From positions 9,137,957 to 9,201,956 of the forward strand of contig MU053881.1 of NCBI GenBank assembly GCA_013239625.1: 64,000 nt of DNA. Direction: 5' to 3'. This DNA is from Lama guanicoe (lineage: Eukaryota). The notes under the pieces are model-generated. The model made no database searches. It was not told the DNA's origin and saw only the letters and a list, made by a program, of their open reading frames with translations. The translations under genes and the position numbers were made by a program. Below are positions 26,851-41,104 of this stretch, in pieces (position 1 is the first letter of the stretch; the number at the start of each line of letters is the position of its first letter).

Positions 26851-27574
26851 GTTCCTCCGTCACCCCAGTTAATTGCTAAGTCACTAGAACACAACTTGCC
26901 ATCACACTAGATTATCCACTAGGGGTCACCGGAGAAGGTGGCATTCAAAGGGAATTCAAGCCAAATCAAAAAGGGGAAACCCAAATAAAGGCGGGGAGGT
27001 TTTGCCTTCTGTTAACTTCTCAGGTAGGATGTGAACATTTACACACCGAAATTACACTCAAACCAAACAGCTGTTCTGTCTTTCCATTAATCCCCATGCT
27101 CAGTGACGGCAGTGGAGTTTTTCCCTCCTTTCCTTTTTGGAGGGTGGGCCATGAGGGGAGAGACGGCAGATAGGGTTTACACAAGGCTGTTCTTGCTAAG
27201 AATTTCAACCAGGATCAATTTGTACATTACAAACATTAAGTGCAAACACTCTGACCAATCCTAGATCTGAAGTTCAATGTCAAAACCAGCCGTTAGTTTA
27301 TATGTCATGCTTCGATATGAGGCTTCCTTTCTCAGACACAAATAAGTCTGAAATTGCTGAAGGAATACTAAACAACCAAAGAAATCCAAACGGCTCTCTG
27401 TTTACTCTCCTTAATGAGAACAGCAATACAAGAAATATTTCACAAACGCTTGAGGGCTAGTATTTTTTTGAGGAAGTAATTGGTTTGAAAATTAACCTTT
27501 TGTTTCAGAATGGGTCTGTTTACTGTGAATGTTAGTGATGTTAGATTTCTTGTCATCCGTCTTGATCAGGGACA

Positions 27575-27715
27575 AAACCAGAGTCAGTTCTCATCAACTC
27601 CCTCCTATTTTACTGTGTAAATGACTTCCATTCTCTGGGACTTAGTTTCCCCATTTTTCACAAGTCAGCCTTGGGCTACATATTTCTTGATGACAGAGTT
27701 TCTGCGATTCTAAGT
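27575..27715 (+). mobile_element. MIR3-like SINE
   Basis: tgacttccattctctgggacttagtttccccattttt...gcgattcta. Confidence 0.55.
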
Positions 27716-29660
27716 GACTAACAAAAACTTAACTTTATTGCTTAAAGCCTTTTGGTTCATTTTTGCTAATTTCTCTTTTGATCACTCTGTCTCCCAGTAA
27801 CCTGTCTTTTCCTTCTCATTTTAAGAAGTTAGGGGCTGTCTGGAGAGACAGTAGCTGCCCGTGTACAGGAAGATTTATCTGATAATACAGTGAGATGATT
27901 ATTTTAAATCCTTGAAACTGATGCTCTTCAAATGAAGGACTCAAAAATGCCCTCTTGATTTTGCACTTATCGGTCCTGGCAGTTTCCAATGAGTCATTTC
28001 AGTTTCAGGACCATTCCAAGGTTTGGAACCATTCTGTTTTCATTTGAGCTGGGGTCAGAACAAATATAATGCATTTCCAACTGCCAGAGCCAATCAGTCT
28101 TTCACTTCCTAATCTGGATTTGTAAGTAAAATTGCAAGGACTTTGGTGTATTAAACATAGTGTGACACAGGTGAACTGATCGGATTTTCTTCTCTGTCAT
28201 CTAGGTCAACATATGATTGAAGACAGAAAATCACTGCTTGAGGTTAGTTCTTTCCCTATGAATGGAGACTGGAGTACACAGTTCTCTTTCCCTCAACTAT
28301 CTGAGTCTTTGCCACTGTAAAAATAAATAGTGAAGCATGCCACAAAATTGCAGTTACTATGAGAACATCCAATTCTGAATCTAGGCTTTAGAAACGTTCT
28401 TTCTAATGAATGAAAACATCATCTTTTGTAGTAAACAAAACACCCAAAAATTACATATCTGTGTAGAAGGATAGCTGGATGTGAACACTACTTCTCAATT
28501 GATTATTATCTTGATGATTCTTGATTTCCAATATCTAGAAGAGAGAGACTTATTTCATAACAACCCAGGTTTCTAGAACCATATTCAGTAACTACACCTC
28601 GATGTGGGTTAAAGCATTATATTTTTATAGATTATATATTTTAAAGATTAAAATAAAAAGCCATGTGCTTTCTCAAATTTGCATTTCTCATGCTGCATTT
28701 AGGTGCAAAGTCTTATGCTATCTATCAATGAGAAATACAACTTCTCCACTGGCTGGCTAAAGACAGAAGGAAACAGAAAGCTGGCACCTGGCATTGTATG
28801 ACACGATCTTAATACAGTTTAATTTTAGCAGTCGATACATCAAGCCAGATTTCTAATCTACTAGCAGATTTAAAGAATTTAAGTTCTTGAATGCTGCATA
28901 TTTAAAAAAATTGTTTTATTCAATATCCCTTCTTATCAGGCAGGAAATGTGTAACTTGAAGAATGTACATGAAAGCCTAGATGTGCAAGAGAAAAGCCAC
29001 ATTTCAGCAAAGAAAGGTGTCCCAGTCATCCCGCAATCTACATGTGGCTGTCACCAATGACATCTGCAGGATATGCCTAACATGATGTGCCCACACGGGT
29101 TCTGCTGAGGTAAGAGAGAAGGTCGTAAGCATTCTTGCCATACAAGGGCCCATTCCAGAAATGCGTGTGACAAGTAATACGAAGATCTGCCATGGCGGTA
29201 TATGTCAACACTCTAAAAGATACAGCTGTGACCGGAGATACTGTTTCCAATTTCAGGAGTGGTCCTATGAACTGAGTGGACAGACTCAAGGAATACAATG
29301 TATAATTTATCATCTAAAGGCAAATCCACAAATCTTAGAATGAAGATGAGGAATTAGCATTTATAGTTTTAACTGAACTCAATTCCCAACTTCTTTTCCC
29401 AGATAGGTAGAAGTCTACAGCAATGAACACTAAGCGGAGTCCCAGGGTCTTGGGTGAGGCTCATGGCTAAATGGGATTTGGCAAAGAGCATAGGGCTTAT
29501 AAGCCCCAAACGCAGTTCAAGAAAAGTATCATTTCAAAGAGCCCAAACAGAGGTGGAATTTACGTCTGTAAGAGGATGATCGAGTTAGGGGTCTGTGACT
29601 AAAAGAATTTCTCCGAAAGATGGCAGAACATGGAAAGCTTTTCCAAGGCTATCCTTTACA

Positions 29661-29688
29661 CAAACAAACAAACAAACAAACAAACAAA
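29661..29688. repeat. (CAAA)7 microsatellite
   Basis: Direct reading. Confidence 0.95.
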
Positions 29689-30389
29689 AACTTATATTCT
29701 TAGCATGAATGGGCAAAGAAGGCCAGATCAAATATTCCTGAGTGATTCAATTGAAACCCCAAGTCGTCCTTTTTATAATAGCTCCAAAATAAAAGGAACT
29801 TCAACCTCCACCAACTGAGGGTTATTTCCACAGGGATGTGGGCTGTGACTGTTTTATCTGGTACTGTATTCCTTCAGAGACTTGGGCAGGACCATGTCAA
29901 GAGGGAACCCTTGGTAAATGTTTATTTAAGGAATAATTGCTAAATGAAAGAAATTACAGATTTCAAATGTTGAAAAATCATAATTCTTAAAAAAGTTTTC
30001 AAGTGCAGAAAAAGACCACACACAATAGCATCAATTTAAAAACTAGCTTACCTAATAATTTTTGATACAAATCTCATTATTTTATTAAACATTTTACACA
30101 ATACACATAGAAAAATAGCTGAGCCCATAATATTGAATATTATAATTATGACAGAAAAAAAAATCAAAAGGAAGTTTATGTTTTTCCAGTCTATAAGGAA
30201 TATATATTTTGCTGAAGTAGTAAAGAATTTATATCTTTAAAAATATGATAAAAGCTAAAACTCACCAAAATTGAACAGTCTCACCTCGAGCTCATGGAAC
30301 ATAGGAAAAATTTCCACATTTAAATCTTTAGAAGTGACCAGGTTTTGGTGAAAGAAAAATCCATAAGACAGGCAGCATGAAACCACATC

Positions 30390-30900
30390 TCTGAGGCACC
30401 ATTTGTGTGAGTAAAACAACTTCACAATCAATGTAAAATTTTATGGGCAACCGATGTGAGGACTGAACTGATGGTTCTAAATATGCTGACGTGACAAAAT
30501 GCCAGGAAGGATCTGGGCCGCCTTATACCCTTAAGCTGCATCCTATAAATAACACAGTTTAGAAGACCCACCAAAGGAGAATTACAGTAGTCTAGACTTA
30601 GAGTAATAAAGGGGTTTACCAACATTTCCACGTTGTTCTTGCTGAGCTGGGGCTTTGCTTCCAGGAGGATAAAAGGGCACACGAGTAACCACGGCAGGAT
30701 GTTTACCCACTGATGAATCAAATGTCAACACAGCACAAAGGCGCTTACAACTTGGGGATGCTTTTAAGATCACATTCGGTAAACGGTTACCAGAGAAGCC
30801 CAGCTCAGCAAGCACTTGGAGCTGAGGAACTGAACTGCGATGAGATTTCAATTCAGTTTCATCCAACTGCGTGACAGTCCTCGATATCCAACTTGGGTAA
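30390..30900 (-). mobile_element. Ancient L2-clade LINE ORF2 C-terminal fossil (non-mammalian/amniote type)
   Basis: Frameshifted minus-strand peptides occur in L2 ORF2 order: LTFDSSVGKHPAVVTRVPFY, KPQLSKNNVEMLVNPFITLSLDYCNSPLVGL, KAAQILPGILSRQHI, QSSHRLPIKFYIDCEVVLLT. Confidence 0.8.
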
Positions 30901-32299
30901 AACCCTCACGTAGAAGGGACGGGTGTCTTTCCTCATTCTGGGTCGGCATGTACTGTACGGAGCATGGAATAATCACCCCCTGAGGACCCCTGTATCACTT
31001 GATTTCAGCTCCCTCAGTGCGTTTTCCTATTCTTTGCCTTCACTTCTTTGGAGACTCACCATCTCAACAGTGTTAAAATACATGCCAATTGCAAAGTATT
31101 ATGAAACTGTTTCTTCTTATTGCACCAACTGTTGTGGTGTTTGAGAGCAGCGAGTATGTCCTTTTCGTTTTCCTTGTAAATGATTATTAAGTGTAATGCC
31201 ACCTGTAATTTTATAAGTGGCTCCTCTGTGTAGAAATTGTATTAAAAGCTTCATATGCATCATTGCTGCTGCTCCTAACCTCCTGCAACGACACTGTCCT
31301 CGCTGTACAGAAAAAAAGAAAGTGATCTGTTAAAAAAAAGTTTACTTTATTTGTAAAGGAGCATAGAGCTACTATGCATGATGACTATATAATGTTGCCT
31401 ACTGCAAACACACTACTACTAACCATTAAGTAAATGGTCAGTGAGTGAAGTGCTTCCAGGCCCGCCTCTAAAGAGCTGAGGAGAACAATCTTTCATTCCA
31501 CATCGAAAAGAAACAAGACTCACGGGAAATTGAAATTGATTGGAATAATGCCTGCACGATTTGAATACTCAATATGTTGGTTGGTTGAGTGGTAAGTATT
31601 ACATTTATCCACAACAAAACACAAAGCATCAAACCAAAAAACCACACCCCCCCCTCTAAAAAATAGCAAATGTTTATGTTGTGGATTAAATCTGGGAGAA
31701 GTTGTGCTCTAACAATGAGAGAAGTTTTTATTGTAGAACTTTGTCAGAGCTTTTAATATGATAATAGCTATTCTGAAGTGCCAAGAAAGGGCTATTATAT
31801 GAATTATTTCTCAAACTTATTTCACTAAGGAACACTTTCTTTGCAGAGGTCTGTACTGGGCTGATTTTCTATGTATTATATCTTAGAAAATTCTACCCTG
31901 GGGAAGCTAGAGTAATCAGAACTCTTCAGACTACGTTGTGCATTTAATGCTGACACACAAATGGATGAAGACCAACTACATTAAAATCAGCATTTTATTT
32001 TCTGCAGCTAGGTTTCAGAAAGTGTGATTCAGCCCTTGGTAGTCTGACATAATGGGCACTTTTTAACAGACATGCATTGTTTTCCAAGAAGAGAAGAAAG
32101 TAATGCAGGAGAAATTTCCTGTATCATTGTATGCAAACACATAAAGAATTTTTTTTATGAAATTCTGAAAAAAAATTGCCTGATTAAGACAAATGAGAGA
32201 ATAATAGATCAAAACACAAAATCCATATGTTCAAAAGGGAAGAAATGGTTTACTGGAGAAAAAAAGAGAAAGAAGTAACTGCCATTTATAGAGCCTCAA

Positions 32300-32575
32300 A
32301 TCAAAGATAAAAATACTGCTGAAGACAGTCACATTTCCCCACTATTCTAGGTATGCATACAATTGAATAAATCAGGTTGAAAAATTAACCACATTGAATC
32401 TAATGTATACCATTTTAATATCATGATTCTATCTGATTTATTAGGAAAAATAAACAAATGAAAATAAGACATTCTGAACAGAAGGAAAACAAGGAAGAAA
32501 GCCTTCCTCTATTACTGTAAACTTAGTATAACAAAACAGTGGAGTAACAGTGCAAAAAATGCATGCACATGCTCA

Positions 32576-32636
<61 letters not shown>

Positions 32637-33330
32637 GTGTATCTTACGGAGCAGAAGGCCCTAAAGACTACTGCACAGGATAAGACTTCAGGTGAAAATG
32701 TTAATGATAGATCAACTTTGAGGTGAAAATTGATCCTTATCTGATGCATGCATATATTTCTAAATGGATTACAATGTTTAATATTATTAATATTATGTTT
32801 TGGATTACTCAGAGACAATAGTACATATTTATTGGCACTTATAACTGGGATTCTTTTAAAGCTGAGAACCAATTCAAGCTATCTAAAATACTAGAAGAAT
32901 CTTACTACATGGAGATTTTAAATATCTTTGTGTGAAAAACAAAATAAATATCTTATTTTTTTCTGGGGTAAAATATTACCAATGGATATGCCAAGCAAAT
33001 GTTTACCATACTCTAAAAATATTGAGGGTACTTATCAAGAAAGAAATCTGAGTTTGTTTTCAGAAAAATAAAATTGAGCAGAAAATTCAGTGGAAAGTGA
33101 GTAAGAGATCAAGCATATAATCTCAATAGAAATAAATAATATACATTTTAAAATAATTATTAGTACTTACTGTATAGAGAAAATGATCAAAATGACACAT
33201 CAAACTACGATCAGGATTTTTTAGAGTGGCATTTCAAAATCATTTTACTTTCACTTGTGTATTTTTCCAAATTATTGTCTAATAAACATATAGTTTGATT
33301 TTTATAATCATAAAATTAATAAAAGTTACT
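32300..33330 (+). mobile_element. Highly diverged L1 (L1ME-like) ORF2/3' fragments
   Basis: A-rich. tactgtaaacttagtataacaaaacagtggagtaacagtgcaaaaa resembles L1 ORF2, and an old-L1-like tail lies near 33230-33320. Confidence 0.55.
32577..32634. repeat. (AC)29 perfect microsatellite
   Basis: Direct reading. Confidence 0.97.
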
Positions 33331-33494
33331 CTTTAGATCATGACATATTTTTGAGGCATACACTTTGGTAGAATATGAACATAACGTTTTTGAGTACTGT
33401 TTAATATGGGAGAGAATTTCCACGGCATAACAATGAATGCATGGAACAAAATCCTGATTCTTAAGATATTCATTTGTTTAAGTGGGTAAAAAAA

Positions 33495-33605
33495 ATACAT
33501 TTGGGTGAGAATATGGGTGATTTTTATTGTGTAATTTTTTTCTGAATTTTCTGAATTTCATGCAAGGACCATTCTACTTTTATAGTTAGAAAATATGTAT
33601 TTAAA
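33495..33605 (+). mobile_element. Old L1 terminal tail
   Basis: tgggtgagaatatgggtgattttt...ttctgaattttctgaattt...tacttttatagttagaaaa. Confidence 0.55.
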
Positions 33606-36600
33606 CAAATGTGCTAATTTCTATTGCTATCATGAAATTACTGGAGAGTGTGTATCCAAGAAAACATAGGATGGAATATGGTACAAAATGTGATATTCAG
33701 CATTCTTGTGTCTTCCTCATAATAATTCACTTTTATTTTTAAATTCTGATGTTAGTTTTTTTTTTTTTCCCTAAGAACCAAACTGCGTACTCTTAACAAA
33801 GAGTTAACTTTCATTACTGATGTGCTGGTATTCAACAAATGTTAATCAATGTGTATATACTGCATTAACGGAACATTGAGAGAAACAACAACTAAAAAGT
33901 CTGTGGCTTTATAAAGATGGTGAAGCTGATACTCATTCTCTCATCGAGAGAAACATTTGTGTCATCTGATTTTTAATATTTCTTGGCAGATCGGCAGATT
34001 GGCAGATCTGAAGGCAAGTTTCAGGAACAAAGAGATGAGATGAATTACATGGGACTCAAACATAAATGAAATATAGAAGTCCACACTTCAGTTGTTGAAT
34101 AAACCAGCATCCTGTCCTTTACAAAACTAAGTAATTCTACGTAGGTGCTACACGTCTCTTCCATGGGTTCAGTAATTTTCTGTAAATCAGGTATACGTAC
34201 TTTTAAAAATGATTAACTATTACATCAGTAGGCATCTATAGTAGATTCTACTTTATTTAATTTTTGTTTGTTTGAACTTCCTAAGCGATTGTGGGAACAA
34301 AAGTGGTTTAAAAAGGTAATCCGTAACTAAGTTCAAAAGGAAGTTATCTTTTAACAATGCTGAAAACCAACTGTACCTGTAGCTACATAGTTACCGTCTA
34401 AAATGAATTTTACTCAACGCACTCAGTTGATGGAAAGAAATAATACGATCACAGTCTGCCTAGAAAGATGATAAGTGATGTCTCACATTAAGGAAAAACT
34501 CGATGCATGAATATTCAAAAAAATATGCAAATGACTCTATACCAAGGCACCATATCTAAACATTGCCACCAGACTTAGGCTATTAGCTATAACCAAGTGG
34601 GCAACCAAGATATTTAGAGCATGAAGACAAGAAGAAATTTCCCCTCAAATGCCAGCTTTCTACTACATCATCCAGCAGACATTGTCATGTTGCAATTAAG
34701 TTGCACACTCATTCCATTTATGATGAAACATATGGAAACTTAATTCTCTGAGAAGGTGAACAATAAGCCCTGGGAATATCTCTCACTTTCAACAGATTGA
34801 AATGGTTTGATCACCTCCTGCCATTTCCTGCCTTTTTCTGAGCTCAGATGCCTCTTCGGATCTCAGCGTGCGATTCTCATTAATGGCAGCAGAGGGGGGT
34901 GCGGGAGCTGTAGGTGACCATGCCTCTGCATTAAACCAGACCTTTGCGAACCACCAGGCTCGTGGGCTAAGGGGGGGAAAAAGTGGGAATTTCCCAGCCC
35001 CAGTAATGCCTTCTGACATATAAAAAGGGAAAATAGTTACACCTTTCATTGCATCACTGTGGGAAACTAATTTGTTTTGACATACTGAGAAGTAATCTGA
35101 TGTTCGTATTTATTCCGAAAAAGGCTGTATTAGCTAAAAACAAATTTCATGAATAAAACCAGGGGTACAGAATCAGACACGTACATCTACTGAGCAGGGC
35201 TGATATGTAGGGAATTAACCAATGTTCATAAACTTCTCTTTAAAGGGACCTAATTTCTACCACTTGGAAATCTTTCCCCATTCCTCTCTCCAGCACTGTG
35301 AGGACCCAGGACACAGCTGTCTTCACGAACACATGGAAACATTATACCCCAAACACTAGCGGGCACTGATCCGACCCGCTTGTCTCATGCTTCTCCTTCC
35401 AAAGGGCCTTATAAATGATCTTGATTGAAGAGCTGTTTCAATACTCCTCTTGGCACAATGACAGTCACTGAAAACGTTCCTGAGCTGCAGCCTGCTTCAC
35501 ACAAGCTAACGCTCCACCTTGTGTATTTATCTTCAGTCTATGAGAAGCTAAGAGCTAAAATTCTATTCAAGCCTAAGAACTGCACCCCCAAGTCCCTCCT
35601 CCAAACTCTTCTGGTTAGGAAAGGCATATAGAAATACATTGTGCATTAAAGATAACAGAAGGAAAGGGGAAAAAAAAAAACCCAAGGAAACCACAGTGAG
35701 TGATAAGGGACTTAGAGCTACAAGTATTAAAAGAGATGAATTGCATTAACCCCTGCCCTTCCCCATTACATGCACTGCCCACTGGAAACAACAACAGAAT
35801 TACGAAAATCCCACACTCTCTAATGGGATGGTAATAGGATTCAGAGGCCATTAGGGTAAAGACAATCCATATTTTACACTGTAATACGCTCAGACTGAAG
35901 TTGCCGCGCCCTTCCTCAGAGACCAACAATTACCAATTTAACATTAACAAATCCACAAGTGCTTTCAAAAATGGCAAAATCAGCCTAAGTTAAAAGCCAA
36001 AGGTCTAGATTTTATAACTGCATATTTTTTTTTTTTTGTGAAGTCAAGTCATCTAGCTAAATTGAAAGAAATTTTTGACTCTGATACTGATTATTTCTCG
36101 TTCCGGAAGGCTTTGGAAATGAGAGATCCTGTGACTGTTAGGAGGTGGTTATAATTCTTTACAAAAGGGATATATTTTCTCACGGCAAGTACTTTCCACT
36201 TTTCAGAGATTTTTTTTTTTCTAAAATGTTCTTTTTTATTCTAGAAAAAAATCAAAACTATTTTTGGTATTAAGAGTTTCTACAAAAGATGTCTGAGTGA
36301 ATTAAATAGGACACGCTGGAGAAGAAAAGAGTGAGGCAGAAGTGGACATCTTGACATTATCCTCATGGAAGCAAAAATCGGGCTAAGAGGTGTGAAAAAT
36401 TAAAACAGATAGAAATGACAGTTGTGAACTCAAATCATTTAATACGCATATTGTCAGGGGGACAGTAAACTAACCAGCTTCTTAAAGTTTATTAGTATAA
36501 TTTAAAATAATTTTTTATGATTTGACTAACATTTGTATTAAATTGTTACCTAAAGAAATTCTGGGATGGCTGTAAGGTTGTTTATGATTTTGTTAAGACA

Positions 36601-37929
36601 ATGAATTTTTTGGAAAATATTTTGATTGATGAGGACTTAAATCTGCACCAGAGATGAAGGAAAGGATTTGTTTGTCATTAATCTACATGTTCCTCTTTTT
36701 AACTTCCCTGACACAATACTAAAAAATAAAACCCCTGAAAATAGATAGCAAATATTACCAAAGTATAGATTAACAGCCAGCTTCCCTTCACCCCCTGCAC
36801 TGTATCATGTATGCTCTGGTTCTTCCTAAAACTTCCATTATTCTTCCTGAATCATAATACAGTTCCAAAGCTGCCTTAACCTTATAAATACATGGATATA
36901 ATCTCATTTTATAATTTTTATAAAATACTTGCTCCCTTCTTTAGACAACAAGAAAAATAAATGACAGTGAACACAGGGCTGGAAGATCAAGGCAGAAGGT
37001 AATTTAAAATAATGAAGAGAAGATAATGTATCTGAATGTTCTTTCTACCATATTCCTCATACGTCTCACCAAACTCATCACACATTTGAAAATTAAAAGG
37101 CAGTAACACCTGGATTTCAGCTCTGTTAGAATCATGAAAGATGAAGGTTGCCTACCCTTTAATTCCAAACCCATTTTTAGTTAATTTTCAACCAACTAAA
37201 AACCAGATAGAAGTGAACTGGGTGCTCTGACACCAGTCATTTAAATGTGTCCATCTAGAGAGAATGATGGAGTAGGAATCTGGGACATCTCCGGTGTGGG
37301 ATGCAAACATGCATCTCAATGTGTTAAAAGGAAGACTGACTCCTGTTAGGGTCTTTCATTTACGAGCAACCAGAGATAGCCCCATCTTAGCAAATCCGAG
37401 AACTCAAAGACCTTATTCAAACAATGAAGGAGAAGAGAGGGAACAGACAGCAGAGTAGGATGACTTGACAGAAGAAAATCCTCATGTATAGGGAGGTCCC
37501 TAGCCCAACTCAAAATAAATCAATATTCATTCATTCTGCATCATCATTTCCAATCTCCAGTTCTTAGCAAAGGGTCTCATACTGAGTAACCAATCCATAT
37601 TCACAGTGACACTGCCCAGAGTCCACGGTCTTTTGAAGTGGTTCCAATAGCCAAGGCTCCACATCTTAAACCAATCAGTAAGGTGGAGAGAGGGAGTCAT
37701 CACTTTTAGGATTCACCAGAACAAGTCTACTACTGTCCATGATAAGTAACATAATCGGAGACCAGCAAGAAAACCACAGCTAAAATGTACGTGCCCCACT
37801 TCTGACTAAAAGGATGGTCCTTGCATAAGACTTGAGTCCAAACAAGGATATCAATCCTTTCCAGTTTCTCAAAGATGTGGTAACTTCTTTTTAATTTATT
37901 AGTGCCTTGTGATTACTTATGTACTTAAA

Positions 37930-38420
37930 AATTCATTCAGGAGTTACTGATTAAGTGAACTTCATGCCAGATATTGTTACTAGGCTTCAGTGTTCGGCAG
38001 TGGACAAGCAAGACCACATGGTTCCTGCCTTCACTGAGCTTAAAAGATCATGTGGAAAGGGACCAGTAATGGGTAGTTTTACAAAGTAAGAACAGTATCA
38101 CAATAAGGTAAATACATTGTTATATATATATATATAGGAGAGGAACAGTCCAAGAAAACTTCTAGGAGGAATCAACATTCAAACTGGGACCTAAGATGAC
38201 TAGGACTTAGCCAGGGGCAAGCTGGCGTGTTAGGTTAAAAACAAGAAGGATGAGCATTTGCAAAGGCACAATTATGAAAGCTGGAAGAACTGAAAGGAAT
38301 TCTGTAGAGGTGGAATGGAGAGTGCAGAAGCTCGCAAGAGCAGATACAGGGGCACAGAGGCAAGGGAGATGAAGCCAGGGAGGCAAAGATTACACTGTAA
38401 ACTCCTTGAGAACAGAAAAT
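37930..38420 (-). mobile_element. L2 LINE 3' region
   Basis: attcattcag...atgccagatattgttactagg...atggttcctgccttcactgagctt...gcaaaggcac...agagatgaagcc-like segments. Confidence 0.8.
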
Positions 38421-38683
38421 ATATTGCATCTCCCTCATTTAATAATTTGACAGCAAAGTAAGGACTAGATTACCTATTGTAAGTACTCTATAAATATTTA
38501 TCAAATATCTCTTGGTGATGACTGGAGCCACTCTAAGCCTAAAGTTCTGTTAAATACTTCATGTGATCACTCTCTGAAAATGCTTATAGGTTTTGCTTTG
38601 TTTTGGTGTGTGTATGTGTGTCTGCTTGTGCACTGAAAACTGAAATGCCTTCTTTTTTGCTCCCCATCACCTCCTACTGTCTT

Positions 38684-39568
38684 TCTTTTGTATATCTATT
38701 TTTAAATTTAAGTACAGTCAGTTTAGAATGCTGTGTCAATTTCTAGTGTACAGCATAATGTTTCAGTCATACATGAACATACACATATTTGTTTTCATAT
38801 TCTTTTTCACCATAAGTCACTACAAGATATTGAATATAGTTACCTGTACTATGCAGTATGAACTTGTTGTTTATCTATTTTATATACATAAGTTAGTATA
38901 TGCAAATCTTGAACTCCCAATTTATCCCTTCCCACTCCCTTCCCCTCTAGCAACCATGTTTGTTTTCTGTGTTTGTAACTCTGTTTCTGTTTTGTAAATA
39001 AGTGTCTTTTTTTTAGATTCCACTTTATATCAATATAAGTGATATTATATGGTATTTTTCTTTCTCTTTCTGGCCTACTTCACTTAGAATGACATGCTCC
39101 AGGTCCATCCACGTTGCTGCAAATGGCATTATTTTATTCTTTTTATGGCTGAGTAGTATTCCACTGTATAAAGATACTACAACTTCTTTATCCGGTCATC
39201 TTTGGATGGACATTTAGGTTGTTTCCATGTTTTGGCTACTGTAAATAGTGCTGCTATGAACACTGGGGTGCATGTATTAATACAAATGGCCAATGGGCAC
39301 ATGAAAAAAATGCTCAATATTGCTAACTATCAGAGAAATGCAAATCAAAACTACAATGAAGTATCACCTAACACCACTCAGAATGGCCATCATTCAAAAG
39401 TCCCCAAACAATAAGTGCTGGAGAGAGTGTGGAGAAAAGGGAATCCTCCTACACTGCTGGTGGGAATGCAGTTTGGTGCAGCCATTATGGAAAACAGTAA
39501 GGAGATTTCTCAGAAGTACTAAAAACAGACTTACCTTATGATCCAGTAATCCCACACTTGGGCATATG
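38684..39568 (-). mobile_element. Lineage-specific L1 with 5' inversion (3' part on minus strand 38684-39278, inverted ORF2 part on plus strand 39279-39568)
   Basis: The L1 3' UTR reverse complement is followed by a plus-strand ORF2p C-terminus [16 protein letters not shown]...[21 protein letters not shown] cctcctactgtctt (38670-38683) / cctcctcttgtctt (39569-39582). Confidence 0.92.
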
Positions 39569-41104
39569 CCTCCTCTTGTCTTATTTCTGACTGCTCCCCT
39601 CTAGCCATTGTTGTTTGCAATCCCTGGATTATGGTTTATCATGGGGGAAACTCAGCTAAGAATGCAACCTACCTATGTAAATGGACACATATGGGAACTG
39701 GCTATTGATGGCCTAGTTGCAAGCGTGAGTGATCTTCATGTGTGCAAGACATGGTAAGTTCTAAGCCATGGCATGCAACCTCCACTTAAATGAATAATCA
39801 TTTCCTTTCAAATTCAGACAAAACCAGAAGTTCTGCTGCTGTTTTCTCTTGCACGGGATGGTGTGTAAGAGGTGCTGGCAACCCCACTGTCAAACAGTTC
39901 ATAGCTGCCTGCCAGCAGTGTCTACACTTTTTTTGTGCATGACTTTTCTAGAGAAAAACTTGATCAACATGCTCAACTGTACAGCAATTTACTGAACTGT
40001 CAACAGTTTTAGCTTTATATATCAAATAAATCACAGTTTCCTAATACATTTTCCAACATCGGGGACATTTAGTTCATAAGAACAAAAAGAAATGCAACAT
40101 ATAAATCATCAAATCACTCATTTCTAAGAGTTGAGGAGACTGAATTGGCAGCTAAAATAGAAATAGTGTTTTGGATGTAATAGTCGAGTGTTTAAAAACA
40201 ATTTACTATTTTGTTCTGTTAATATTAAAAATACCTTCAAAAAACATTCTGGAGAATCACAGTCTTATAATAAACCATAATCAAGTAATTACAGCTTGGG
40301 TTTCTGTCAAGGTTCTTGCCATGTAAATGTTCATTTATCTGAAATTTGCTTAAAACAAATAGATTAGAATCATGTCAGGAACAAGAATGACATGACTTTT
40401 TTGTTAACACTGATTAATGATCTTAGTTCCTAACGTCATTAGTCGACAAGCATCATTTTACCATTTGAAAAATGCTCTACAGAATCTCTAGGTCGCATCT
40501 AGTTGTGAATGTTTGCCCATTTCTGATATTCTACTGACCTCTAGAGACTATCTGTGTGTGTATATAAATCACATATGATACGTGGTTATAAACACATGAG
40601 ACATACATCCTAAGTGCCACGGAGACTGAGAAAAAAAGAATCCTCACTGCATAAGCCCATTTCATTTTAGAAAAATATGCATAAATTGTTTACATACATC
40701 TTCAAACAAGACCTTATGTCTACACATTTAATACTAAGCATGTTGATGACAGTTTCCTTGTGTTTTTGCTTGTACAGAACTCATAGAAAAGTGAATAGCA
40801 GAAAAACTGATCCTATCTTTGGTTTGTGACTTGCCAGCAGTAAGGGGTAACAGAGAATTCAGACACGCTGGTCTGGCTTTTCATTAAGCCAGATTTATTT
40901 TCAGTTGAGACCAGATCAGTCTATGTGAGAATCTTCTTCCCCCAAATCATGCTTGCCGGATTGCTTTCCCAATCCTCCTCCCGACCAGGCAAAGCATGTC
41001 AAGTTTACAGCTTCCTACTGAGGGCCCTGACGGCTTTGTCATCCTTGAATTTTTTCCCCTCAGTGTTTCCAATAGTTAAATATATCCATGAGTGAAACAT
41101 GCAA

